Shown piece after piece: positions 50,681-63,295 of a stretch of DNA of 64,000 nucleotides. The DNA lies in the NCBI RefSeq assembly GCF_036321535.1, contig NC_087437.1:70620001-70684000 (forward strand). Direction: 5' to 3'. The DNA is from Camelus dromedarius (lineage: Eukaryota). Under the pieces are notes generated by a model. That model was not told where the DNA came from, made no database searches, and saw nothing but the letters and a program-made list of their open reading frames with translations. Each line of letters begins with the position of its first letter. Positions within the stretch are counted from its first letter, which is position 1. The translations under genes were made by a program, and so were the position numbers.

Positions 50681-53380
50681 TTGCTTTACTTTTTAAAAAA
50701 GATTCAGGCTATTTCCTAGTTTGTTTAACTTTCTCTTATATGTTAGCTATTGAATTTGGGATTCCTTTAGTATGGAAAAGTCTGTTGCATAAAGATAAAA
50801 ATCAAAGCTTGGAGAGTTTTGTCTGGTTTTTCATATTTCATTGCCTGAATATGTGGCTCTCTGTTGTAACAACTGAATGATCAAGGTCACTGGGGTTATC
50901 ATATCTCTGTATGTATGATGACATGGGAACAGCTTTTGTTGTCTTAATATGAATAATGACCAAGCTAGCGTATGTTTTTAAGTATTTTATAAATACATTT
51001 CCTTTTAGCTTTTTTCTTCCTTGAAAGAATCTATAGCTCAGATAGATTTGCTTGTGGAAAAATAATGAAAATTGGTCAAAATATTCATCTTCAAGCAGGG
51101 AATCATATTCACACATATATTCTTCTGTGTCCCTCTTCACGAGTTACAGAGCTGAGTGTGGATTCCAATAGGCAGTTTTGTATGTGTGTACCTGGTTATC
51201 AAAATGAATTCTGCACCATGTAAAATGTTTCTTTCTAATGTAATTTTAACATGATTAATCATCTTAACTAAGCACTTATTTTTGGTGTATACAGGGAGTC
51301 ATTTAGAATGCTCTGATTTTCAAATGGGTTTGCCTGGGTTTAAAAGAAAACTTAGAACTTTATAGAGGAGCATTTTCTTGATTGTCAAAAATAGTTGGAG
51401 CCATCTGGTTATAAAAGAAGTAGAGGAAGATGTCTTTGAGTAAAACATCTTTGGATTTTTTTTCCCTGCCTCAGTTTATTAGAGTAGCTTCCAATTCGAT
51501 CTCGGTGGGTTTTTGCACTCTCTGAACCATGCTCAGGGCAGAACTTTCAAAGCCAGTGAATGCCAACTGATTCTATTCCGCCCTCATTTTCATTTGTAGC
51601 CACGGCCCTGGGAACATGTAGGCTACTTCTAGCTTTTCTTCTGCAGTGTAGGAACCAGGCTTAGGCAGGGCTGGCAGGGCTGGCAGGCCTAAACTTTCTA
51701 TTTCCAAGGGCATGCAAGAAGCTAGGGCAAGTTTTTTTAATTTTCTAATTTTTCAGAAGTCCTTCACAACTCTTTAAACCTGGCTTCTCGTTGCTGTTGG
51801 CAGCAGTAAAAGATATTTTTTAATGTTGCAACAAGAACCTCAGTCACCAAGTTACCTTTTTGAGAAGAATCACTCTAGTTGTGCCTGGCACATAGTAGCT
51901 GCTTCATGAATATTTTACTGTGTTTTGGTGAGCTGCAGTGCTGTTCCTCGCAGTGCTTCTGCAGGTAAGCAGTAAGCCATGCAAGTAGTAAAGGGGTAAG
52001 ATGAAATCCTACACAGTGCTCTTCAAGCTTCAGCAATGGACAGATCATTCCATTGTATAAGAAGCCCTTTCTGTCCTGTCTCTGTCTTTCTAAAAGTGAC
52101 AAATTGCAGAGAGCAATTTTATATCTTTCCTAGAGGTCCTTTTTAATGGTCAGTACTGCACAGACCATTGGTTCATTTTAAAAACATAATTTTGGGCAAG
52201 GTACTTTGGTGATCCTCGTTAAGTTTCATATGCAAATATGTTCGGTACAAATGATTCTGGGTTTCAAATATACTCCTGCTGCACCCTGCCACAGGGTCCT
52301 TTGAATCTTGGCTTTTCTCATTTTCCCAGGGCAATTATTTTTTAGACTTCTTTTGTTTATATAGGTCGTAGGATGATGACAAGAGACAACTTTTATATAG
52401 AATTCTTCTTTTATATAGTGTTTCATTACTTTTAGCTCCAATAATTCCTGATATTCCTAAATCAATTTTGGCTTAAGTTATTATGATTAATAATTATTTT
52501 CAGAGCTTCATTCTGGTGGTGATATTGAGGGTGGGAGGTGATCTCTCGTAAAACCACCTATGGCGTCTCCATTATAAAAACAGTGAAAAGACATGCATGT
52601 GGAATTATTGATAGACTGCTGCTTGTTAGGGAAGCAGTTTTTAAAATGCAGATTATATAATATTTGGGGATTTTGTTGCTCCACAGTAGAAGCTTTTTAA
52701 ATGTTAATTTGGGGTTTGTTTTGTTGCTCTGTGACTTAGCATAAAAGGTTTTGGTTTTAAAAGGTTTCAGTTCACTCGTTCCAGTTGCCTTACAGGACTT
52801 GGAATATAATGCTATACATTTATTTATACTCATGAAAGAGGATGAGGCCAGTAACTCACAACTCTTGAAACCAGGGGTAAATAATCCATAGCTTGTTCTA
52901 CCGCCATTGCCACAATATTTATTCCCAGAACACAAGTAACAAACAACCCCAAACAAGGAGAAACCAGTTTGTTTTTATTTACAAAATGTTTAATCAAAAG
53001 TACAGTAAAGTTCAAATGGAGCTGCAAATCCTGGTGGTTCACAATGGTTTGATTTATTTTTTTAAACAGACCATGGATAATTAACCATAAAACATAACTT
53101 TCTCAACACAAGTTACAGTGAATTGCAGAAATAGGCAGCAAGTCATTTACAACTGGTTGCAACTGGTTAGAGCTTTAAAGTTAAACACACAGGCAGCTAC
53201 AGAAGCGCTTTCTCAGGGCACAGCTGTATTTTCATTCTCAAAAGGGAGCGTCCTTTACTTTTTATATAGTATCAGTAAGTCAGTGCCCCGAGTGAGAAGT
53301 AAGTGCGTTATTTTCTACGACTGCCATGTTGTCAGACATTTGTTAAATGCCTAACATTGATGGTACTCTTTTCATTTCAG

Positions 53381-53428
53381 AATGTTTCACCATCACTAAC
53401 TGGATATTCTTCACGACATTGCTGTCCG
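53381..53428 (+). other. Candidate 48-nt exon
   Basis: Branch point CTAAC (53351-53355), tract ctcttttcatttcAG, donor CCG|GTAAGA; two CpG retained; repeat-free flanks. Confidence 0.5.
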
Positions 53429-55019
53429 GTAAGAAACTTTTATCTTCTCTAAATGACAGTCCAAAATATTAAGGTGCAAAGAAGTCAAGTACATTTCTCC
53501 CAACCTTGGAAAGAATTAGATCTAACACTGTGGTGAGTCTACCACCTCAAGTCCTAAATTTGAACCAAATGTATTTTTGACATTGGTCAAGGGTACCTAT
53601 TGCATATCTTCTTTGTTCATTTGAAATACCATCATTTAGAATGATCAGAAACATGATCTCAAGAACCTATTATCATAGATTTCAACTTTTGCTGTACAGT
53701 GATTTTGCTGGGGTGAAAATATTCAAAAGACTTGCTTAGTAGACTCTCCAGAGACATATGTATTTCCAAAGGAGACACCTGAGTGGACAGAGAGGATGTT
53801 TCCCATGTAGAACATTGGATGCTTTGGTGTTATGCAAACAAAACCCTGCAAACATATTTTGTGATGCTTTGAATTAGCTGTTATTATTCGATGATATGCT
53901 GCAAATTTGAAATGCATTTGCTTCATTTAGATCAATCTTAAAATCAGACGATTGCTCTTTTGTATACCCACAAACAAAGGCGATGTAAACAAACCAACCC
54001 CCGCCCATTACCAGTTAAGTAAGAGGACCAACACCAGGGCTGCAAGTGAGCGTAGGTTTGAAACTTTGAGGTTGATGTGTCTTTTTAGTGAGAATTTGTA
54101 AAGTTTCAATATTCAAAGTTTCTACAATTCTTGAGATTTAGGTGGCTGGGAGGAGAGTGCAGGTCAGGACTGAGGGTATATTGGTAGAGCATCATCAAGT
54201 CAGACAGAGCCTGAAAGAAGTGAGTTAGCTAGAGATTGGCCTGCATAGAAATGCACCAGCAAATATACCAGAGAGGGAGGAGTGAAGGGGTGACTTGCCT
54301 GGCATCTGACTATACCCTGCCTGGCTCCAGCCAGGCCTGTTTAGTCACGAACATCATATTCATCCAAACCTTTGAAAGTTACACTCTTGGCTTCACTTTA
54401 TATGAATATGCATAAAATGAGGAAAATAATCTCTTAGAAGTGACAAAGAGAGCTTTTTAACAGAGACTTTCCATATCCATTGCACATAATCCATAGTTGC
54501 CACTGTATTTTTGTTTCCAATTCTGCTGCACATCTATCTGTCTCTCTGAACATATCCATCTCGCCAGTGAAGGACACAAGCCTTTATGATTGTAACTCCC
54601 CACCCTTCCCACTCCCACTCCCACACTTTACTTATTATGCTGCCCGAAAAGAAACTCATATCGGTGTGTGTAAAGAGTTTGAGGGACAGGCTCATGTGGT
54701 AACTTTCATTTGTCACTCCTTTTGCATTCATTGCAAAATGATCTCATCACAAAATGGCCTGAATTTCACACTCTTTCTTGGCTTGCAAAGAAGCCAGTTC
54801 CTCCCCTATTTCTATCCAACACACAGAAAGCTCTTTATGTTTCTATGATCAGATAAAATCTGTATTGACGTTTCTTTTCCTGTGGGTGTTTTTCACTTCT
54901 AGGTGTGAAGATTTAAACTATCAGGGCAATGCTGTGTATTTGTAGTTTCTCTGTTTTAGTAAATGAAAAGCTCCTTGGGAAAGGAAAGCACATCTGATCC
55001 ACTAATGAATAAATATTTA

Positions 55020-55400
55020 TTTTCATTTTAAAATGATACATGCTTATTAAAAATAATTTGGAAAAACACATTGGAATAAAATGAAGAAAAATTAAAGTAA
55101 TTATTTCTATAATTTAAATCCAATCATTAATAACCATTTGATATATTTCCTTACTCTCATTTTCCCCTGAGGACATATTTTTTAAAACATGGTGTAATCA
55201 TACATTCCACATAATTTCATGTCCTGCTTTCAAAAGTTAACCTAAGTATTCTGCATGTAATTACATAGTCCTTATAAATATCATTTTAAGTCAATATATA
55301 CTATTTCTGAAGAGGAATAGCTTACTTAACCTAAATGTCTAAGAAAAATATTTTTTTTGTTTTTTGGGTTTTTTTTTTCACTTTTTGGTCCATAGTATCT
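55020..55400 (-). mobile_element. L1ME-like 3' fragment
   Basis: atacatgcttattaaaaataatttggaaaa...cattaataaccatttgatatatttcc...tcatacattcc...aaatatcattttaa. Confidence 0.6.
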
Positions 55401-55469
55401 TGCATATAAAAAGTAAATGAATCAGTCAATAAATAATGAGTCAACAAATGAAGGTTCAAATCAGTATAA

Positions 55470-55665
55470 ATTTTTAAATTTTTTATTATGAAAAATTTAA
55501 AGTACATGAATGTAAGGCAGATTACTACAGTGAACTCCCACATATATCATCACCCAGCCTGCACAGGGATTAACTCATGGCCTGCCGTTTTCCTGTGCTA
55601 CCGCCATGTTTTTGGGAGCGGACCCCAGTCATCATAGCATTTAGTCCATCAATATTTTAGGTCCA
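55470..55665 (-). mobile_element. L1M (L1MC-like) 3' terminal fragment
   Basis: ttttattatgaaaaattt...gtgaactcccacatatatcatcacccagc...aactcatggcc...ccccagtcatcatagcatt. Confidence 0.7.
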
Positions 55666-58600
55666 TCAGGACCTTTTACACATGAGTGTTAAAAATATTC
55701 AGATAAATAGTTCTAATCATTGTATGTAGGAGTATTTTTCTTCTGAGTATACTGTCATCATATTTTCTAAAATGTAACAATTTGATCATAAAATCTTATC
55801 AGTGTGTTTCATAATATTCTTAGGCACATCTGTAAGCCAAAGGGCAATTTGGTTGACTAGTGAGACATTTTACGTATTTGGCTAGGTTTCTTGGATGATC
55901 TTTTTTTTTTTTTTTTTTTTTCGCTTGACTCAAACTTAGAATAATACTTTGCATGCCAGATTGATGCAATGTTAATTATACTCAATGTTGGATATGTGCT
56001 GTGTCATAATAGAATTCCTGTATTTGAGGTGAAAGGCAAACATAGCCCTCTGACTACTTAGAAGTCCAGCCAGTGTGCCTGCAGCCATCCTGTCCTGGAT
56101 AAATATGGTGAACCTACTTAAACCAAATGTAGCACTAGAGTTAAAAGTATGTAGTTTTTTAAGATTTCTTGACAGAAACAGGTTTCTTCCTAAGGCAGCA
56201 CTTAGGAAGTATGAAAAAGGAGAAATTATACATTAATAGACTGAATAATTTTTTTTAAACAAGTACTATGTTTGGGGAAGTGGGGGAGGGAGACGGTACA
56301 TTCAGAACAAAGGGCACTCACTGCCTGTGTGCATGTGTGTATTATTCCAGTTTATCCAGAGAATATTTAAAGAACCCTCTATAGACCAGCTTTCCATGGC
56401 TAGACTAGTTCCTTTCCACCCAGAGCCACAAGGAGGAACTCTCCATGCAAACAGGCTCTTCACAGAGAGCCTGTCATGAGGGTCTTGTCCTGCCTCGCTA
56501 TCTCTGACTTGCAGGTCAGCGGCTGTTCCAACAGGTGTAATCCACTCATCAGAGATTCAGGATGCGAGTAACTGTAACATCTTGCATCAGTATAAACTGG
56601 ATTTATGTGTTACTGAGGTCTATTTAATCTTAGGAGCACATTTTCCATTGGCCTCGAAAATGAGTAGCTAGAATATTGATGTGCCTAACCCTTGGGGAAG
56701 TAGAAAAAAGAGCTTCTCCACTGCACTAAATCTTGAAGAGAATATGAGGGTTTACAGTGTGGACACATACAAAATATTTTCAAACAAAGTTGGTAGAGGA
56801 AAGCACATGGGAAAAAAAAGAAAGAAAAGGAATAACATAAGCAATAAACTATCCCAAGCAAACAGAAAGCATCTGTAAAGATGGCCAGACTGAGTGGTGT
56901 AAACAGTACAAACTTTTTTCTTTCCGTCTCGTTTCTTTTTCCCCTCAGTCTTCTGATCCTTTCTGTTTCTCCTTTATCCTGGCCTGGCACTACTGTCATT
57001 AAAATGTCCTCAAAAGGTCAGGAGTGTATCTGACAGCTTGGCGTTGAAGCAGGCATTCCAAGGAAAAATAGGTAGGAACTAGCCGCTATGCGATTTTAAA
57101 GCTGGAGAGGATATTTTACCATAACCCATTATACCCATATTTTAAAATAGCTAACCTTTTCATCATTATTTTAAGATGGATATTGACAACACGACAACTG
57201 AAATAAAGGCATAAGTCTTCACTTTTTCCAGCATCCTTTTCTTACATGTAGTGTTGGATTATGTAGCTCATATCATGTAAATCTAGAATATAAACTGACT
57301 TTTAAAGGGAAGAGTAAGTTTACCTGTAGTTCTTTCTAGCTTAAGTATTATGCGTTATGCCCAAGCGAACCATCATTGTCTCATCATAGCTATAATAATT
57401 ATTATTAGCTATAATTACAACAATTATTATTAATGATAGTGTTTGTTTCTTGGTATATGTGTGACATTTTCTTATGCTTGGCCTTTGGGCCTGGTGTTTG
57501 TTCAATCATTGTTATATTTGCTGTAAAACATTTCTTGGAATAAAGTAGTATTCCATATCCTCTACCTCCTTCCCTCTAGTTTAGTTTAAGGTCATGGTTG
57601 TATTATTCTGCTTAGATCGGGCAGAGAATCCTTTGCAAATGTCCCTATCAAGCCAGGGTTTTCATTTTAGAATTAAACACATACATAGTTGCAAAAGAAA
57701 AAAAAATGTTTTGTTCATATCATTAGATCTGTATTTCAAGAAGTTGGCATATTTTCTAGATAAACTTTGTAAGACACATAATACACTATCACACATAATT
57801 AACATAGGATGGGAATTATGCCATTCTTTTACTGAGATTATCTTTGGTAACTCTGCTTTACCTGGAGTGGTAAGGGAAGGATGGAAAACTCCAGTCAAGG
57901 CAGAGATATTCAAGGAGATGGTTTTGCAGCCATCTCAGTCCTTTCAGATTAGAAATGCTGAGAAGTCTTCATTTTTTTCACCCTTCACTAGAGATGACTC
58001 AAAGACTGTGGTATAGAGAACATCATTGGGAGATGGTCTTCTGTTTGGGAGACTGCTCCATTAGCAAACCATGCTAGGTGCCATAGAGAATTGGTTCTAT
58101 TTGATGTATCCTACTCTATGTACGTAAGGTGTTGTTAATATACCCTTTTTCCTCAAAAGTAATTTGCTTTCTGAGATTTGGATGAGCATTCTGTGAATCC
58201 ACCTAATGTATTTATGGTGTAGGGATCTGTCACCTCCAATTGCTGTTTAAAGACTTTTATAATTAATTATTTAAAGACATTTTAGCCCTTAACTCTTTCT
58301 CTCTCTCTTTGTCCACAGACAAGTTGATTAGTTAATCATGTCTTTTTTTTTTTTATTGTTGTTGCCGTATACATTGTACTTAAAACAGGAAAGAGGAAAG
58401 GCTATTTGTAAGAGGCAATTAGAAAGCAAAATTGTACTTTCTTTAACTGTTCTTAGTCTCTAATCTTTGATTACATCAAGACCTGCATTCTAAGAAATGT
58501 GTATCAGTTTTGCTAGGAAAATGACAGAGGAGAAAGTTAAATCCAGCTCTGTAACATAATGTCAAGCACAACTTGGCGCAACTACAAATATCAATAGTTC

Positions 58601-60690
58601 ATTCAGACCCTATTCCTCCACTCTGGTAGGACTTTGATTTCCAGCCATCCTTTGATATGAATCCAGAATAAGGAAGAAACAGACTGCTTTTGAAACCCTT
58701 GAAGGTCTAATCTTTTATGCGGACATGGTAGGTCTAGTGGATTCTTAGGAGCCTGAGTTACTTCTGGAATGACTTATCCAGCCCTGTGTAGATTAAAAAT
58801 TCACACCGTTTTCTGCAAGTAAAATTAAAAACCCAGAGGTTAGGTGAATCCTCAAGACTGTCTCCAGGTCACCCTTTCAGCAAACTTTTGTTGATGATCA
58901 CTATGTGACAGGTGCATGTAAACCACTTTTTTTTTAACCTTTTAACTCTTTATACTTTTTTATTTATTCATTTTTCACTTAAGGAGAAATCTCCTTACAG
59001 AGATTGTAAGTGCCCTGTGCCTATTTGCCTGTAGCCAAAGATTCAGTTCCTTCCAGGAACCCCAGTTGTCAACAGGTGATCTTGCCTTTGTCTTTTCTCA
59101 TAGTTCTGCCGGTGGCGGCTGTCACTAGCAGTCAAATAAGGACAATTTTACCATTCTTTCCTGCTGCTCTAATTTTTTTTTAGTGCCGGTACATGAATTT
59201 GTTATTCTTTATAATTCCCTTTGAAGTTGGAAATCCAAGGGGAATCTAAAACCGACCAGATGTTTCTGCTGCTGGAGAGGGAAGAGCGTAAGGATTAAGT
59301 TTAACAAAAACTTGGGCTCTAGAAAAAAAAATCATTTCAGCTGGAAATCATTGTTAAGTACACTCATTTGCTGCATATCTGTTAATTTACATTTACTAGT
59401 TCTTTGAAGACAACATCACCTATCCATTTCCTCTGGGGAAAAAAAATCATAAATTTTGTGAACAAATAGTTTCACGGTGTGGTTTGCTCAGGCCTAGTCC
59501 CCTTTTGGAGTTTTACTTCTGTTGCTCTACACCCTCCCCTCGCTCACTTTATGCTTTACAGGGAGTGTTTTCTGTTATTGTTGTGGTCATTGTTGTCCTT
59601 GTTTGTTGTTGAAGAACCACTGTCAGGCCCCATCAGGGTGGGAGGCCAATGCTGCAAACTTTTCCAAGAAGGTGAGGTCAGTGCAGCCTGCGGTTAGGGA
59701 GGGAAGGAAAGGAGATTTGCCAAATTGTGTAGCCTTTGTGGAGAACTTCATCCTATTTAGAGATCTGTAGATCAAAACAAGAACAAGAGTGATGAAGACC
59801 TTTAGGGTGAAAAAGGAAGTCTTGTGGGCTTTCCAGGATTCTGATGATATTTACAGACAGTGTGAATTAAACAGGTTAGGAGATGGAAAACAATAGTAGG
59901 TATATGAAAACACGAAAAGGCACCTGTGACGTGACATTCACGGGACCTCTCCGACCATATGCCCAAGGCTTCAGGCCCTGGTGTAAGAGGGAAAATGATT
60001 AAAAAATGAAATTGGAGAAGAGCCTTAGAAACCAACCAGAATGTTTGAGTGGTTTGCTTAGTACTTTACAAAAGTGTTGGGTTGCAGAGATGGACTTTGT
60101 ATTTGCTCACGGCCTGCACAGCATCTGTCACGCTATCCCCTTACATTGCTCTCTGGATTTCCCAGGTTTCCGTAGGTTTCCAGGAGCACAGAGAAATCTG
60201 TGAATAGCTACTTTGCACCCCTTACCTTGCTCAATGGATTAAACACTTAGAAACATTTCCCACATCTCACAAGGGATGAATACTCACAACTCAGTTTCTA
60301 TTGCCCTTGCCTATCTTGTTTTTAAATAGAAAGTCTGAGTCCTCAGTAATTATATTAAGCTTCTTAAGCAGCACATATCAATTGCATACACCATTTTAAG
60401 CATTTTTTCAGCCTTTGGAAAGAGAGAGTAGGGGAAGAGACAGAGAGAAATCACTTAGCAGCTGATTCACTTATTTTAAGCAGCTTTCCCCATTTTAAAA
60501 TATAAAAAATTCAGGTCCTGGAACATTGGGTGATTTGAATGTTCTGTAAGGATTGAAATAAGATTTTTTTTTTAAATCATATGTTCTACATTCAGGGACC
60601 CAGATTTTCAATTTAGTCCTTTAAAGAAAAAACAGGTTGAAATAAGGGAGTTTCAATCTAAACAGTTTCTCTTCTTCCTTTTCATTTATT

Positions 60691-60718
60691 ATCATCATCA
60701 TCATCATCATCATCATCA
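60691..60718. repeat. (ATC)9 trinucleotide microsatellite
   Basis: Read directly. Confidence 0.95.
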
Positions 60719-62245
60719 AAGAAGATGGTATAAAAAGCACTTACGTTGGTCTCACTGATGCCAGAGCTTAACCTAATAATCCAAGACTTGGAACTTGGTG
60801 CTTTAATAAAGAAAACACTGTTTGAGCTATTTTCCATTCAAACCAGCATCAAAAGTTTTTAATTAACACCATCAGAAATTAATGGGCTAAATGCAGGACA
60901 GGGTTCCTACATACCCCACTCCTGGGAACAAGACAGCCAGAGGGACCCGTTGAGCATGTCTGCAGTTTGTAATGTGTTTTTACTTACTTATTAAGCAGAC
61001 TCCCAGCTGCATGTTGCGGGGCAGAGCAGCAGAGTGAAACCTGCTGAGGGCTTCTCCAACCTGGCACTTTCCCTTGGCTGGCTGATTATTGTCCGGAGTT
61101 CTTTGTGATTGTAATTGGTTAGAAAGTTTGAAATTAGTAAGTCCTTGTCAACCCGGGAAAGCTTTGAAATCAGGAGGCATGGTACCGCCATCAAGCCTGC
61201 GGAAGCCTAATGGCTTATCGGGTTGAGAGCCTCAGAGCCCTGAGCACTCTCGTCCTCAGGCTTGGCCCTAATCATCATTCACCGCCCTCCCCAGTGCCCT
61301 GTCTTAAGTGACAGCTTTGTTTAAGGCCCTTTCTGGTCCATCTTTCGGGATGAACAGATTGTGGACTGACTACTGGGTGTGGGGAAAATGAGAGCAAATA
61401 GAATAGAATGAAGAAGAGGATCGAGGGAAAAGGGAGGAAAGGAAAGGGAAGAAAAGGCATAAAAAGAAAAGGAAGTGGAATATAAGATGGAAAGATCTTT
61501 GTAAATATTGACATTTGGTTTCTGTGCAACTGGATTTGATGTCTCAAAATGGAACTTACTGGCAGAGCCTAAATGGCCCCTAGGGCTTTTTTTTTTTCCC
61601 CAGACTTTTGTAAAGACTGGCCCACTCTTTGTCAAAGGGAAGTTACCTATGTTCATGTAAGGGACCATAATGTACCCCTACACACACCACATTTTCTAAG
61701 GATTAGGAATACAGTCGTTTCCTTTATATATTATAATGGAAGAATGAAGGGTATATAAATTCTTCTCCTGTAACCATAAAAGTATCTATTATTTAATCTT
61801 ATAATCCGGGCCCCCAAACCAAAACTCTCTGGAAAACTCCTCCGCTGCTTGATAAATTGCAAAATAAACTCACGTCCAGCCTCACAGCAGCACAGGAACT
61901 GCTTGGATAGGGTTAACGAAAGTGGATATTGTCAGCAATGATGAAATGTTTATAGTCGCTTAAAGGTCTTAATAACTTTCTATAAACCTTCTCATTTATG
62001 TTGAAAGCCTTCAAGCTTAATACATTTAGGTGCAATCCTTAACCTTTTCCTATTTCTCTTCTACTTTAATACAAAACAAAAAAGAAAAATACAAACCAAT
62101 TACAACAACACAGATATTATTGCCATGAATTCAGAATGTCAGGAAATTTTCAGTAGGCCTAGTCATGACATAATGATGCAAAATGCACCACCATTTTTGG
62201 AAAAGTTCCCTAAAACAGTTCCAAGATTTCTCTCCTGAAACACAG

Positions 62246-62351
62246 GAAGATTGATACATATCAACTTCTAGAGGATAGTTGGTGAACGAGTGTCAGGATT
62301 TTCATAAGAACTGCTGAGAGTCCAATCGTGACCTCATAGCCAGAGAATCAG
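62246..62351 (+). other. Candidate 106-nt exon, probably non-coding
   Basis: atttctctcctgaaacacAG acceptor and CAG|GTAAGC donor; purine-rich start GAAGA. Confidence 0.3.
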
Positions 62352-63179
62352 GTAAGCCGATTAGCAGCTCATCATTTTTCTGTTTCTTAGCTGGACCATG
62401 TCAGGATTTACTGTCCCACAGTTTGACTTCTTGCAGGTGTCAGAGACAGTTTCTGTGGAATATAATTTCATAAAAAGATGTCAGTCTAACCTTCCCCCAG
62501 AGCATCCCTTAGATCAGATTGGATGTATATTACGCCCCACCCCCAGGAGTCTTTACAGGCTACTCTAGCAGGTGTGTCGGGCACTCAGTCATTATCCCTC
62601 AGCTCACTCTAAGTTCAGCCACACTGAAGCAGTTCTGTGTTAGCCCAGACTCCTGCCTCAGGAATGCTTTTCTGCATTCTGCCCCAGGACTTTTTCCAAT
62701 GCCAGGAGAGCTCAGTGAAGCTATATTGGATTGGGGAACCTGAATGGCAGCTTTACTCCCTGTGGGACCAACCCTCAACCAAAGGAGGAATAGAACTGAA
62801 AAAAAATTTTCCAGCCTCTGTTTCCTTCTGATGGATCCCTCTGGAGGCATGTGTGTAAGTCTCAGAGACCCTGTTGGAATTGCACTGCTAGTAGCCTGTT
62901 TGACCAATAATATTCCTATTATTGCCAGTCCTCCTCCCTGCCTCACTCTCATCATTCCTCCACTCCTGCCTTCTGAAGTCACCTTCCCAGTTACCATCTG
63001 CACCTAAGTCCTTGTCTCAGATCCTTCTTTGGAGGGAATCCAAAATGAGACAGGTAGTCAGATCTTTTATTTGTTTTAATCAGTTCACAGTACCTTCTTC
63101 TGTACTGTCTACTATTCCCAGTGAATTATTGTCCATTTGTAACCTGGTTCCCAAAGCTAGATAGCTCACATCCATAGAT

Positions 63180-63295
63180 TATAATATTTGGTGGGAGAGA
63201 CATTGTTTATTCATCTGTGGTCTCCTGTATCTAGCACTTCCCTGACACATAGTGGGTGCTCAATTAATGTTTGTTGGATGGGTGAATAAATGCAT
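63180..63295 (+). mobile_element. L2 3' terminus
   Basis: ttattcatctgtggtctcctgtatctagcac...tgacacatagtgggtgctcaattaatgtttgttggatgggtgaataaatg. Confidence 0.85.

Noticed and set aside
51664..51690. 9-bp tandem ggcagggct x2.7, and similar tiny duplications at about 28490 and 33008
   Set aside because: Ordinary slippage duplications
55901..55921. T21 tract (and T25 at 20419) as solo poly(A) insertions
   Set aside because: No flanking TSD, unlike 22681-22722
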